In this document: positions 1-10,554 of the stretch, one piece after another | Numbering within the stretch: the stretch's first letter is position 1 | Layout: each line of letters begins with the position of its first letter | Virus record (IMG/VR): IMGVR_UViG_3300031521_000027 | Span: 40,214 to 104,213 of that record | Source of the DNA: a virus | Length of the DNA: 64,000 nucleotides | Reading direction: 5' to 3' (one strand) | Notes under the pieces: model-generated | What the model was told of the DNA's origin: nothing | Databases searched by the model: none | Seen by the model: the letters and a program-made list of their open reading frames with translations, nothing else | Position numbers and translations under genes: made by a program

Positions 1-885
1 GCATCCGCAGCCGTCACCCAGTGGTTCGCAGGTATCGGGGTGGCATGGACCACCTTCTGGACGGTCACCTTCCCCGCGTGGATCTCCAGCGCGTCGGCTG
101 CCGTCCGCTCGTGGATCTCCAGCATCGGCCCAGCGTGGAACAACTTCTGGGCAGTCACCTTCCCGAAGTGGCTGGCCAACGCCAAGGCGCAGATCCAGAA
201 GTGGGTCTCCGGCATTGGTCCCATGTGGGACAAGTTCTGGAACGTGACGCTCCCCGGCTTCGGCAGGGATCTGGCCAAGATCGCCACCGACTTCGTCGAC
301 AGTGTGAGCACCGCGTGGGGCCGTTGGTGGGACGGCGTCAAGAACACCATTGGCAAGTGGTGGACGGACTTCTGGGGCAACGCCGGAGCAGGGTTCGGTG
401 CAGGGCATGGCGACGGTACCCAGACGCCCCACAACGGCGGAGAGATCCACCGTGCGGGTGGTGGCGGCGTCCCCGGACATGGCAACAGCGACACCGTGGC
501 AGCACGACTCACTCCCGGTGAGTTCGTCGTCCGCAAGGGCATCGTCGACAGGGTCGGGATCGACAACCTCGTCAAGCTCAACTCGGGCGTCATGTCCTAC
601 GCCCAGCTGCTCGCGGCAGCCGCCAGCTCCTCGCGCAAGCCCAAGGACGGTGGCAGCCAGCTGGTCTTCAACGGTGGCGGTCTCGTGCCGACCATGGCAC
701 CCACCAACTCACCCGGTGGCGGCAGGGGCCCGAGTTTCGGGGGCGGTGGCAACACCACGGTCAACAGCGTGACCTTCGGCGACGTCATCATCCAGAACCC
801 GGTGCCTGAGCGTGCGACCAACTCGCTGACGACCAAGACCCAGCAGCTCGCCCATCTCGGACTGAACGCAGGTGACTTCAAGTGA
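1..885 (+). CDS. Tape measure protein, C-terminal part (5' truncated by window)
   Basis: Trp-periodic helical repeats (WxxFWxVTFP) and the common TMP-tail motif GGGVPGxGNSDTVxARLTPGEFVV; lies directly upstream of tail-tip genes. Confidence 0.85.
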   Translation, partial: ASAAVTQWFAGIGVAWTTFWTVTFPAWISSASAAVRSWISSIGPAWNNFWAVTFPKWLANAKAQIQKWVSGIGPMWDKFWNVTLPGFGRDLAKIATDFVDSVSTAWGRWWDGVKNTIGKWWTDFWGNAGAGFGAGHGDGTQTPHNGGEIHRAGGGGVPGHGNSDTVAARLTPGEFVVRKGIVDRVGIDNLVKLNSGVMSYAQLLAAAASSSRKPKDGGSQLVFNGGGLVPTMAPTNSPGGGRGPSFGGGGNTTVNSVTFGDVIIQNPVPERATNSLTTKTQQLAHLGLNAGDFK

Positions 886-1721
886 CCAACACGACCCCGG
901 TCTACTGGGATGTGGACGGCGTCTCGATCCAGAACTTCGCATGGAACATCCGCACCCTCACAGGCCGCAGCGGCGTCGCCAACTTCCGGGGCTCCAACGT
1001 GAACCTCGCCTACTACCCGGGCACCTTCCACAAGGCCAAGACCATCGATTCCAAGGCCTTGTCGCTGTCCATGTGGGTACAGGGCTCCACGGCTGACGGC
1101 GGGGCTCCTACGGCCCGCAGCACCGAGCTGGAGTTCCAGAAGAACTGGAGGGCCCTGCGCCAGCTCTTCTGGAGGGACGACTCGATGCCCTTCACGTTGA
1201 CCAAGCGCTGGATCGATCCGGACACCTTCGAGGTCATGTCCGCCTCCGCACTGGTGGAGAACACCGGGGTCATGGCCCCCACCATGCAGGGCAACGCGCA
1301 CGCCACCTTCTCCGTCGACCTGCTCATGCTGGAGGGCCTGTTCTTCGGTGAGGAGCAGACCACCGTGGTCGAGGCGGGGGAGACGGTCGTGATCGCCAAC
1401 CCCGGGGACGCGCGCACCCACAAGATCACGATGGACTTCGAGGGTCAGCTGACCAACCCGGTCCTCACCAATGCAACATTCGCCCCCCAGAACTGGGTCA
1501 AGTTGGGGTCTTCGGTCGCTATTGCCGATACAGTGACCTTGGACGTGGACAAGATGTCTGCAAGACGCGATTCCGACGGGGCGAACCTGATTGGAGCGGT
1601 CACGCGTTCGGGTATGCGGCAATGGTTCGGACTCGCCTCCGGAAGCAACATTGTGACACTGACCCGGGATGCTGGCTCCGGTCAGGCAATCATCAAGTGG
1701 CGTCCCGCGTACTTCGACTAG
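882..1721 (+). CDS. Distal tail (Dit)-like minor tail protein
   Basis: Follows the TMP with a GTGA overlap; about 280 aa, beta-rich, NPGD and GSNIVT motifs, ends WRPAYF as in Dit families. Confidence 0.75.
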   Translation: MTNTTPVYWDVDGVSIQNFAWNIRTLTGRSGVANFRGSNVNLAYYPGTFHKAKTIDSKALSLSMWVQGSTADGGAPTARSTELEFQKNWRALRQLFWRDDSMPFTLTKRWIDPDTFEVMSASALVENTGVMAPTMQGNAHATFSVDLLMLEGLFFGEEQTTVVEAGETVVIANPGDARTHKITMDFEGQLTNPVLTNATFAPQNWVKLGSSVAIADTVTLDVDKMSARRDSDGANLIGAVTRSGMRQWFGLASGSNIVTLTRDAGSGQAIIKWRPAYFD

Positions 1722-1731
1722 GAGATCCGAC

Positions 1732-2583
1732 ATGGCAGGCAACTACGCCGACGTGCCCTCGTGGCGCATGGCATACGACCGCGACGGCACGCAGGGCTTC
1801 AAGATGAACTCCGGCGTTCTGACGCAGCTGACCAACGCCAATCTCATCACGATCAACAACGAAGCTGACGACTACATCAACATCGGCATCAGCCAGAATC
1901 AGGCTGGGTACCTGATCCTCCTGTTTCCTGAAAAGAGAGACCTCGACGGATACTGGATCACGGGCAGTGACAGGGACAACTTCAGCGCGCAGGTGCAGAC
2001 CTCGACGAACACCACGAACGGGTCCGATGGCACGTGGACGAACCTCGGCGGCACCTACAGCGTGGTCGAGGCGGTTGTACCGAACTACCGGCTCCACGCT
2101 CAGTCGGCCACAGCCCTCGGGATCCGGGGCGTCCGGATCTCCGCAGGAGCTGGGCTGGGCACTGGGTTCAACCCCGCAGCTGTCCACCTCTACGGTGAGA
2201 TTTCCGCAGGCCAGAGCATCGACCGGCTCGCGCTGTGGCACCCCACCCTTGATGAGCGCATCACCCCGGCGTACTTCGACTGGGGCAACGTCCCCCGTAA
2301 CACCTCTGCCTCCCGCACCTTCCGGGTGAAGAACCTCGCCGCAGCGAAGACGGCGAACACCGTCCGGGTGGCCATGGAGTCCTTGACCGATGGATCCCCC
2401 TCGGTACCGGCACAGCACACCTTGTCCATCGGCGGCGGGTCCTACCTGCCACAGCAGACCATCGCCACGCTGGCCCCCGGAGCCCTCTCCGACGTCCTCA
2501 CCCTCCGCAGGATCACCCCCGCCAACGCACAGCTGAGTCTCAGCGCCTTCCGGGTGTTCGCCGAAGCAGCGACGTGGAGCTGA
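1732..2583 (+). CDS. Minor tail protein, paralog 1 of 3
   Basis: ATG after GGAGA; shares MAGNY..SWRM, FPEKRDLDG, STNGxDGTW and FDWGNVPR with the next two genes. Confidence 0.75.
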   Translation: MAGNYADVPSWRMAYDRDGTQGFKMNSGVLTQLTNANLITINNEADDYINIGISQNQAGYLILLFPEKRDLDGYWITGSDRDNFSAQVQTSTNTTNGSDGTWTNLGGTYSVVEAVVPNYRLHAQSATALGIRGVRISAGAGLGTGFNPAAVHLYGEISAGQSIDRLALWHPTLDERITPAYFDWGNVPRNTSASRTFRVKNLAAAKTANTVRVAMESLTDGSPSVPAQHTLSIGGGSYLPQQTIATLAPGALSDVLTLRRITPANAQLSLSAFRVFAEAATWS

Positions 2584-2589
2584 TGAGCC

Positions 2590-3444
2590 ATGGCAGGTAA
2601 CTACCCGAACGCGCCGTCATGGCGCATGGGATACGACACGGACGGCACTCAGGGCTACCGCGTCGTGCGCGGGGTGGTCACACCCCTCAGCGGGACCGAC
2701 TTGGTGAACCTGAACAACGAGGCCACCGGGGATGCCGTCTTGACTGCCTTCGGCATGTTCGATTACGGGGAGGTCGTCCTCATCTTCCCGGAGAAGCGGG
2801 ATCTCGACGCCTTCTTCGGTAAGGGCAGGACGGGAGGTCTCGGAGGAGGCACCGCCACGGTCACAACCTCAGTCGACTCCACCAATGGGGTGGATGGGAC
2901 ATGGACCACCGCAGGCACCTTCGCCATCGGAACGTTCAGCGACGGCAACGCCAAGGTGGCTCCGGACTACCGCGAAGCTGTCAGCACCACCAAGCTGGGC
3001 ATTCAAGCAGTGAAGTTCGCCGGAGCCTCCGCCCTGATGGCCATCCACATCTACGGAGAGATCACCGCAGGTCAGACGCTGGACCGCCTCCTCGTGTGGC
3101 ACCCCACCCTCGACGAGCGGGTCTCTCCCTCGTGGTTCGACTGGGGTGATGTGCCCCGCAACTCTTCGGACACCCGGCAGTTCCGGATCAAGAACATGTC
3201 CCCCACCAAGACGGCGACCAACGTCCGGGTGGCCATGGAGGTGCTGACCAACCAGAGCCCGTCGGTACCGGGCCAGCACGCCCTGTCCCTCAACGGAGGG
3301 TCCTACACGGCGCAGCAGACGATCTCCACGCTGGCCCCCGGCGCAGTCTCTGGCATCCTCACCCTCCGGAGGCTCACCCCCGCCAATGCCCAGCTGGGTG
3401 CCGGATCCTTCCGGGTGTTCTCGGAGGCCCAGTCATGGGCCTGA
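2590..3444 (+). CDS. Minor tail protein, paralog 2 of 3
   Basis: Same motif set as 1732-2583. Confidence 0.75.
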   Translation: MAGNYPNAPSWRMGYDTDGTQGYRVVRGVVTPLSGTDLVNLNNEATGDAVLTAFGMFDYGEVVLIFPEKRDLDAFFGKGRTGGLGGGTATVTTSVDSTNGVDGTWTTAGTFAIGTFSDGNAKVAPDYREAVSTTKLGIQAVKFAGASALMAIHIYGEITAGQTLDRLLVWHPTLDERVSPSWFDWGDVPRNSSDTRQFRIKNMSPTKTATNVRVAMEVLTNQSPSVPGQHALSLNGGSYTAQQTISTLAPGAVSGILTLRRLTPANAQLGAGSFRVFSEAQSWA

Positions 3445-3456
3445 CAGGAGACGGCT

Positions 3457-4260
3457 ATGGCCGGTAACTACCCCGATGCCACCTCGTGGCGGATGGCCAT
3501 CGACAAGGACGGCACACAGGTCTACCGGTTGTCCGGCGACACCCTCTCGCAGCTGTCCGCAGCCGATCTGGTGAACCTGAACAACGAGACCGTGCAGACG
3601 GCTGTGTCCGGAGGCGACGAGCTGATCGTCATCTTCCCGCAGAAGCGTGACCTCGACGGCTACTTCCTGCGGTCCTCAGGAGGCGTGATCGGGGTGAAGA
3701 CCTCGGTCGACTCCACCAATGGGGTGGACGGCACGTGGGTCACTGGAGTGTCCACCGCTGGCGGCGGCTCCACCATCAGCCCGGACTACCGCGCATACTC
3801 CAGCACCACCAAGCTGGGCATCAAGGCTGTGAAGTTCACAGCTCCCGGGAGCCTCACCGCACTTCACCTGTACGGAGAGAACACGGTGGGTCAGAGCCTT
3901 GACCAGTTGATCCTGTGGAGCGCCTTCGGAGACGAGCGGGTCTCCCCCTCCAACTTCGACTGGGGCAACGTCCCGAGGTCCTCGACCGATGACCGCTACT
4001 TCCGGGTGAAGAACACCTCCACCCTGCTGACGGCGCGCAACGTCGTGGTGGCCATGGAGTCCCCGACAGACTCCACTCCGTCGGCCCAGCTGGAGCACAT
4101 CATCGCGAAGGACACCCTGTTCCTTGCCCAGCAGACCATCGGAGCCATCGGACCCGGAGCCATCTCCGGGGTCCTCACCCTCCGGAGGATCACCCCATCC
4201 AACGCACAGCTGGGACTGCACACGTTCCGCCTGTATGCCGAAGCAGAGTCTTGGAGCTGA
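3457..4260 (+). CDS. Minor tail protein, paralog 3 of 3
   Basis: Same motif set as 1732-2583. Confidence 0.75.
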   Translation: MAGNYPDATSWRMAIDKDGTQVYRLSGDTLSQLSAADLVNLNNETVQTAVSGGDELIVIFPQKRDLDGYFLRSSGGVIGVKTSVDSTNGVDGTWVTGVSTAGGGSTISPDYRAYSSTTKLGIKAVKFTAPGSLTALHLYGENTVGQSLDQLILWSAFGDERVSPSNFDWGNVPRSSTDDRYFRVKNTSTLLTARNVVVAMESPTDSTPSAQLEHIIAKDTLFLAQQTIGAIGPGAISGVLTLRRITPSNAQLGLHTFRLYAEAESWS

Positions 4261-4263
4261 CCG

Positions 4264-4674
4264 ATGTCCACTGTGAACGCCCGCAACATCTCGCTCCGCT
4301 CCCACTTCGGGGCAGACAAGAGCGCCGTCGCCCTGCCCACCCTGTACTTCGCCCTCTTCAACGGCGACCCCGAAGGAGCCGGTGTCGAGCCGACCTCCAC
4401 AGGTGGGTACGCCCGCAAGGCCGTGACCAACGACATCGCCCTCTGGGGCACCATCGGTGGGTCGGCGGTCTCGGTGACCAACGCCACCGACATCGTCTTC
4501 GCCACGGCCACAGGGGTCTACTCGCAGGCCAGCCTGACCCACTGGGCAGCCTTCGACAACTCAGCAGGAGGAGTCCTGACATATGCAGGACCCCTGACCG
4601 CCACCGTCGCCGTGAGCGGTGCAGGGGATGTCCCCCGCATCGTCGCCGGGGGCCTGACCATCACCCAGCAGTAG
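4264..4674 (+). CDS. Small virion/tail fibre-associated protein
   Basis: LYFALFNGDP...GGYARKAV...IVFATATG pattern typical of ~130 aa phage structural proteins; tail-module context. Confidence 0.65.
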   Translation: MSTVNARNISLRSHFGADKSAVALPTLYFALFNGDPEGAGVEPTSTGGYARKAVTNDIALWGTIGGSAVSVTNATDIVFATATGVYSQASLTHWAAFDNSAGGVLTYAGPLTATVAVSGAGDVPRIVAGGLTITQQ

Positions 4675-4684
4675 GAGTCGGACC

Positions 4685-5599
4685 ATGGCCTTCTTGGACA
4701 CCGGAGGAACCGGAGCGCTACGCAAGCTCACTGGCGTAGCGACTGTTGCCGTGTCCGCGTGGGCCGTCTCCCAGATCGAGCCATCCGATACCACCACCAG
4801 CCCGACCACCACGGTCACCCTGAAGGTGCTGGTCTCCTCCTCCGACGCCAGCAACACCGACGTGCAGATTCAGGTGGCGACAGAGAACACCTTCTCCTCC
4901 CCCGTGGTGGATGTGACCCTCACCAACAAGCCGGACGGCTTCGTGACGGCGCTGGCGTCCGGTCTGGTCAACCTGACCAACTACTACTGGCGAGCCCGAG
5001 CTGCCCAGACCGGCACCACCGCGTGGACTGTGTGGAGCCCGATCTGGTCCTTCGGCATCAACACAGTGGTCGGAGCTGCCTGCTCCTACGTGTACTCCAA
5101 CTTCGGCATCGACCCGGCCATGGTCGGCTCAGACGCTGAGTACGTTTTCCAGAACTTCGGCATCGAGCAGGTCCACGAGGATGTCGCACAGGAGTACGTC
5201 AACTACAACCATGGCGTGGAGGTCACCCGCAGGTCGGTCGCGGTCGAGTACGTCCACGAGGGAGACGTCAACACAGGCACCCCTGACCCCCGGATCTGGT
5301 TCGTCACTCCCGACAACGGCAGGGCGGGGGACGGCATCCGAATCTTCGGCTTCGGCTTTGGCGATCTTCAGAGTCAGTACGCCGGATCGCTGGAGTGGAG
5401 GAATGGTGTGGAGTGGGATCCGCTCAGCGTCACGTCGTGGCAGACCTTCCCCCCGACCGTGAACGCCTACACAGCCGCCCGGCAGATGGACATGCTCTCG
5501 GGTGAGATGGACATGCAGCACACCGTGATCGAAGTCCAGATCCCCGTCGAGGCTGTCCCCCCGGGCGTCTCCTTCCGCTTGGTTACGGACGGCTCCTGA
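4685..5599 (+). CDS. Minor tail protein with FN3-like and IPT/Ig-like segments
   Basis: GLVNLTNYYWRARA...WS is FN3-like; PRIWFVTPDNGRAGDGIRIFGFGFG is IPT/TIG-like. Confidence 0.65.
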   Translation: MAFLDTGGTGALRKLTGVATVAVSAWAVSQIEPSDTTTSPTTTVTLKVLVSSSDASNTDVQIQVATENTFSSPVVDVTLTNKPDGFVTALASGLVNLTNYYWRARAAQTGTTAWTVWSPIWSFGINTVVGAACSYVYSNFGIDPAMVGSDAEYVFQNFGIEQVHEDVAQEYVNYNHGVEVTRRSVAVEYVHEGDVNTGTPDPRIWFVTPDNGRAGDGIRIFGFGFGDLQSQYAGSLEWRNGVEWDPLSVTSWQTFPPTVNAYTAARQMDMLSGEMDMQHTVIEVQIPVEAVPPGVSFRLVTDGS

Positions 5600-8500
5600 T
5601 GACCATCCGCATCTCGAACACCGTCTGGGTCACGGTCAAGCCCCCGGTCCCGCTGGAGAACACCGGCTGGGAGTTCGTGATCCTGAGCCCGGACGACTGG
5701 GCCACCGTCATCGCGCGGATCAACACCTTCTCGGACATGTCCTACGGCGACTCCTCCGCCGAGCAGGGCTCTGGGTCGATCACCCTTGACGCGGGCGCTC
5801 CCGTCCTGACCGAGCCCCTGCCGTCGGGTATCGCGGGCACGATCCTCGACCGTGAGTACCTGTGGAAGGTCTACGAGAACGGAGCCTTCCGGGGCGAGTG
5901 GCTCGGGCAGGATGTCGAGAAGGACGTCGTCGCAGGTGAGGACGGCGGTGAGCAGGTCACCATCGCTGGGCAGGGCACCCTGTCCGTCCTCCAGTGGGGC
6001 GTCATGGTCCCGATGCTGGCCTTCGATGATGAGGCCCTGACCGATGCCTTCGTGTCCAAGGACTTCCTCGGGGTGCACGCAGCGACTGCTCTGGTGTGGC
6101 TGATCGGCCACATTCAGGGTCGCGGGGGACTCATGTTCCTCGACCTGACATTTGACGAGTACACGGACTCCAAGGGTCAGCCGTGGACCGACCTTCAGGA
6201 CGTCAGCGTTAGCCCCGGAGAGACCCCTCTGGACCTCCTCCAGAGGTTCTCTGACTCCTTCGGGTGGGAGTTCACGATGATGGAGGGCTTCCGGCTCTTC
6301 ATCTCGCAGGATTCCGTCGGCTCCCACCGGGAGTCGGAGATCAAGTTCTTCATCGGCGGAGACCAGAAGAGTCACACCTACAAGTCCTCCACCCGGACGA
6401 TTGCCAACCACATCTACACCCCGGCTGCCGACGGCTCCATGGCCACCGCAGTGGGCACCTCCGACGCCACCCCGCACATCCGTGAGGGCTGGGCTGAGGG
6501 TGGCAGCGAGACCTCCGCAACGGCAGCGGCAGCCGTCGCTGAGTCCAACCTTGAGATGTTCCAGAACAAGCTGGTGGGACGGACCCTCTCCATCGTCGCC
6601 CGCGAGGGTCGGATCCCCTTTGACGACTTCGGGATCAACGACTGGGTCACGGTCGAGAACGGCGACAAGGACCCCGTCACGGGTGAGTACCAGACCGAGG
6701 TCGTGCAGGTCTCCAGCCTCAGCATCGGGATCAACTCCAACACCGAGGTCACCTACGAGCTGACCGTGATGACCAAGTTCGAGACGGTCGCGCTCCGGCT
6801 CACCCGGCTGCTCGACAAGATGGGAGGCTCGGCGCTGGGAGGCACCTCCTCCACCCCGATCTCCTCCGGCAGCGAAGCACAGGCCACCGTCGCCTTCGCC
6901 CTGCTCAAGGACGTGCACCTCGCCTCCGCGCTGGGTGGGGACGTCCTGACCTACTCACAGGCCGGGGGAGTCTTCCCCGTGACACTGGGGCTCGACTACC
7001 TCAAGGACGTCGACACCGCCACGGTCGCTCCCGTCTCCGGGCAGGTCCTGAAGTGGAACGGCATCCAGTGGGTCCCCGGCGTCGGCGCAGCTGGCCCCAC
7101 CACTCTTGCCACCCAGACGGACGTCACTGTCGTCGGGCTGGCCAACGGTCAGGTCTTGGTGTGGAACTCCACCACCGGCAAGTGGACCCCCGCCACGCCA
7201 TCGTCCGGAGTCACCACGCTGGCAGCCCTCACTGACGTGATCACCACCGGGATCGCCTCCGGCAAGGTCCTGACGTGGAACGGCACCAAGTGGGCCCCGG
7301 CAACCCCCGCCACCGTGATCACCGCGCTCGCGGGCTTGACCACTGATGTGGACACCACCGGAGCTGTTTCCGGAAAGGTGCTCGCCTACAACGGCACCAA
7401 GTGGGTGCCCACCACCCCGACAGGTGGAGGCACCACCGCCCTCGCTGGCCTCACCACCGACGTCGACACTTCCGGAGTTGTTTCCGGAAAGGTGCTTGGC
7501 TTCAACGGCACCAAGTGGGTACCTGTCTCCCAGACAGGGGGCGGAGGCGCACTCCCCATAGGCGGCGCTGTCGGAGACGCCCTCCGGAAGAACTCGGTCA
7601 CCGACGGGGACGCCCTGTGGACATCCGGAGGGGTGTTCTACGAGAACGGCTACACCCCCGGCAAGACGTACCTGCCCGGCCAGATCATGCTCCGCAACGG
7701 GATCCTCTGGTTGTGTGTCACCTCGAACATGACCGACCCGTTGAACTCCGGCTCGGCGAGCACCACCACCGGGGTCGACGGCACCGCCTTCACTCGGAAC
7801 AACTGTGCATCGGTGGACACCACCAACCATGTGGTCACCCTGATCAACAACGCGGGCAGTGCTGTCGCCTCGGTGATCAGCAACGAGACCTTCATATTCG
7901 CCACCCCCCTGACCCTGAAGTGGCGAGGCAGCACCACTACTGTGGCGGACGCCCTTGCCATCGGCATCGTCTCCTCCACCCAGTCAGCCACGGTCGCGAC
8001 CACCGTGGAGGCCCTCCCCTCGTTCTACGGGGTGGTGTGGGACGTCTTCAACAACCTCCTGAAGTGCTACGTCGCAGGGGTCGTTCTGGCTGACACCATG
8101 GCGCTGGCGTCCGACACCAACGACGACGTCTGGGAGATCCGGTACGCCGCCACTTCGATCAGCCTCTACTCCTCAGCGGGTCTCCTGATCAAGACGTGGA
8201 CGGTCGGCAACTACGCCGCTATGGGAGCCACCTTCCGACCGGCTGCGGGAGCCCGCACAGGCGGCTCCGCTGGAGTCTTCAAGATCTACGGGTCCCCTGT
8301 CATGCCGGGCACCGCATCCGACTGGGTCTCCGTCGGCAAGGCCGTTGTCGGTGCTCCGGCCACGGTGGTTCAGCCCGTCGCCATTGGCGACCTCGTCACA
8401 GCTAGTGCCACAGGGACGCAGTACACACCGACCGTCGTGGGAGTCACGGCAGCCACAGTCATTGACGCCAACCCAGCCAATCAGGCCAGCAACGCTTTCG

Positions 8501-10311
8501 ACGGCAACTCGGCCACCTACTGGCACAGCACCAACGCGATGCCCCAGTGGATCGCCGCTCAGTTCTCCGCCATCGCCAAGGTGGTGTCCGTCTCGATCCG
8601 CATCTACACCTTCTCGGCCAACCGCAGCCCCCGAGACTTCATGATTCAGGGGTCGAGCGACGGCACCACGTGGGTGGACCTGACGACCTACACCGGCATC
8701 ACGTGGCTCATCGGACAGACCCAGTCCTTCGCGGTCACCACAACGACCGCCTACCTCCACTACCGGATCTACATCAGTGCAAGCAACGGCGACAACTACC
8801 AGACCATCCCGGAGATCGTCTTCACGGCAGCGATGCCGGGGGCCACCACGCTTCCTGTGGCAGCTACGGCGGGCAAGGTCTTGACCTCCGACCCCACCGC
8901 AGCTACGGGGATGAAGTGGGATACCGCCACAGGTGGTGGGGCATCCACCCTTGACTCCCTCACCGACGTCGCCACCGCTGGAGCTGTTTCTGGAAAGGTG
9001 CTGGGATACACCGGCACCCAGTGGGAGCCAGTCACCCCCTCAGGTGGCAGCGGAGGCAGCAGCGATGGGATGAAGGCTGTCTGGACGAAGAGGCTGGACG
9101 CGTCCGGGATGGCCGACCTCACCGGGTGGACATCGCGCTCAGGCACGTGGACCTCCGGTGGTGCGTATGGCGTGAACCAGACCTCAACCTTGCAGGACAG
9201 CTGGCTGGAGTTCAACACCGATCTGGGGGTCAAGGCCCGTGCGGTGCAGTGCACCGTCCGGATCACCGCCGACGGGACCGGGCTCGGCGTCGGGTTCTAC
9301 TCCTCCGGAGCGTGGGCAGCTGGCGGGCTGGGTATCGGTCTCCAGCGGGCAGGCGCAGTGTCCAAGATCTGGTGGGACAGGTACGGGGTCGGGGGCTCGA
9401 CGTTCACGATGGCGACATCACTCGCGCTGGACACCGACTACGTCCTGTCGGTCTACCAGTCCGTTGTGCTCCCCACTCTGTTCGACGTCTACGTCGACCA
9501 CGTCTATCAGGTCACGATCACGGCTGCCGGAGCAGTCAACACGGGGCGGGTCGGTCTCTACTCGCGGACGGAGACCGGATGGATCCGCAACGTCACTGTC
9601 TGGACAGGCGAACTGTCCGGGTCGAATCCCGAGACCCCCGTGGTTGCCCCAGCCGCTGGAATCGGCGACCGCCGCTGGAACGTCCCGGTTGGCTGGACGT
9701 CCTTTGATGAGTTCAACAACGCCTCACTGGACGCCGCGTGGGTGCGAGTCGACAAGTCGGGAGGCACCGCCCGAGCGGTCTGGACTGAGGCTGCTGACGT
9801 CCTGTCTGTGTTCAACAACGGAGAGGACGCAGCCTCCGAACTGCACGCCATGATGCGCCCCCTGTCTGGTGTGGGGGGAAGTCTGATCGCCGGAGACGCG
9901 TTCGTGACCCACCTGAGCCTGAACGGCTCTAACGGCGCTTACGTCATGGGGGGACTCGTCCTCGCCGACGGAGTCACATCGGGGGCTGGAACCCAGCTCA
10001 TCACGCTGTCGTTCACCAACAATGGGGCCCTCAGCGTGGATACCCGAGTGATGACGAACTATCAGGTAGCCGGGGCGCAGTCCACAACGGTTGGGTACCC
10101 CCATGGTCCGCTGTACGAGCGGCTGGTCTTCCTTGGGGGTACTACGTGGCGGACAGACATCTCTCCTGATGGAGTGTCGTGGGTGCCCGGGACCACCGTG
10201 TCGTGCGCGATCACCCCCACCCATGTCGGGGTGCACTGTTCCTCGTGGGGGAGTGGGATCAAGGGAGTCTCGTCGTACGAGTTCATCCGGCGTGTGGCCG
10301 GAGTGACCTGA
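5599..10311 (+). CDS. Large tail tip / receptor-binding protein (1570 aa)
   Basis: N-terminal Tal-like region, internal LxDV...GxVLxWNGTxWxP repeats, F5/8-type C (discoidin)-like AFDGNSATYWHS...PQWI...IQGSSDGTTW, lectin-like C-terminal regions. Confidence 0.8.
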   Translation: MTIRISNTVWVTVKPPVPLENTGWEFVILSPDDWATVIARINTFSDMSYGDSSAEQGSGSITLDAGAPVLTEPLPSGIAGTILDREYLWKVYENGAFRGEWLGQDVEKDVVAGEDGGEQVTIAGQGTLSVLQWGVMVPMLAFDDEALTDAFVSKDFLGVHAATALVWLIGHIQGRGGLMFLDLTFDEYTDSKGQPWTDLQDVSVSPGETPLDLLQRFSDSFGWEFTMMEGFRLFISQDSVGSHRESEIKFFIGGDQKSHTYKSSTRTIANHIYTPAADGSMATAVGTSDATPHIREGWAEGGSETSATAAAAVAESNLEMFQNKLVGRTLSIVAREGRIPFDDFGINDWVTVENGDKDPVTGEYQTEVVQVSSLSIGINSNTEVTYELTVMTKFETVALRLTRLLDKMGGSALGGTSSTPISSGSEAQATVAFALLKDVHLASALGGDVLTYSQAGGVFPVTLGLDYLKDVDTATVAPVSGQVLKWNGIQWVPGVGAAGPTTLATQTDVTVVGLANGQVLVWNSTTGKWTPATPSSGVTTLAALTDVITTGIASGKVLTWNGTKWAPATPATVITALAGLTTDVDTTGAVSGKVLAYNGTKWVPTTPTGGGTTALAGLTTDVDTSGVVSGKVLGFNGTKWVPVSQTGGGGALPIGGAVGDALRKNSVTDGDALWTSGGVFYENGYTPGKTYLPGQIMLRNGILWLCVTSNMTDPLNSGSASTTTGVDGTAFTRNNCASVDTTNHVVTLINNAGSAVASVISNETFIFATPLTLKWRGSTTTVADALAIGIVSSTQSATVATTVEALPSFYGVVWDVFNNLLKCYVAGVVLADTMALASDTNDDVWEIRYAATSISLYSSAGLLIKTWTVGNYAAMGATFRPAAGARTGGSAGVFKIYGSPVMPGTASDWVSVGKAVVGAPATVVQPVAIGDLVTASATGTQYTPTVVGVTAATVIDANPANQASNAFDGNSATYWHSTNAMPQWIAAQFSAIAKVVSVSIRIYTFSANRSPRDFMIQGSSDGTTWVDLTTYTGITWLIGQTQSFAVTTTTAYLHYRIYISASNGDNYQTIPEIVFTAAMPGATTLPVAATAGKVLTSDPTAATGMKWDTATGGGASTLDSLTDVATAGAVSGKVLGYTGTQWEPVTPSGGSGGSSDGMKAVWTKRLDASGMADLTGWTSRSGTWTSGGAYGVNQTSTLQDSWLEFNTDLGVKARAVQCTVRITADGTGLGVGFYSSGAWAAGGLGIGLQRAGAVSKIWWDRYGVGGSTFTMATSLALDTDYVLSVYQSVVLPTLFDVYVDHVYQVTITAAGAVNTGRVGLYSRTETGWIRNVTVWTGELSGSNPETPVVAPAAGIGDRRWNVPVGWTSFDEFNNASLDAAWVRVDKSGGTARAVWTEAADVLSVFNNGEDAASELHAMMRPLSGVGGSLIAGDAFVTHLSLNGSNGAYVMGGLVLADGVTSGAGTQLITLSFTNNGALSVDTRVMTNYQVAGAQSTTVGYPHGPLYERLVFLGGTTWRTDISPDGVSWVPGTTVSCAITPTHVGVHCSSWGSGIKGVSSYEFIRRVAGVT
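6900..7530 (+). repeat. Tandem ~37-codon fibre repeats in the RBP (one more copy near 8950-9040)
   Basis: Repeated peptide L(A/K)xLTDV...SGKVLxWNGTKWxP; near-identical DNA at 7321-7410 and 7438-7525. Confidence 0.85.
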
Positions 10312-10504
10312 GTTGCGACACGCCGGGCGTGACCTACGACACTAGGTAGTAGGTTTCTTGATACGATCTGCTCCGTGCCAGAGTCCTTGCTCGAACGCCT
10401 CCGCCCCATGTGGGCTGCTGCTGTATCGGCTTTTCTCTCTGACCCGTCGTATGCCATTGAGATGGCCACCGTCGGGAGCCAGCAGGCAGTAGTTGTCGCC
10501 CGTT

Positions 10505-10535
10505 CTGAGGACATGGAGTTCAGCGGCGTATAAGT
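10505..10535 (+). promoter_or_regulatory. Phage class-II promoter (variant CTGAG-N15-GGCGTATAAGT)
   Basis: Same 20-nt element spacing as the other copies; upstream of AGGAGG and the TTG start of the helicase. Confidence 0.6.
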
Positions 10536-10554
10536 GGTCAGGAGGAATAATCCC

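Noticed and set aside
10312-10504. Replication origin or hidden gene between the tail and replication modules
   Set aside because: No iterons, strong AT-rich tract or supported ORF start visible
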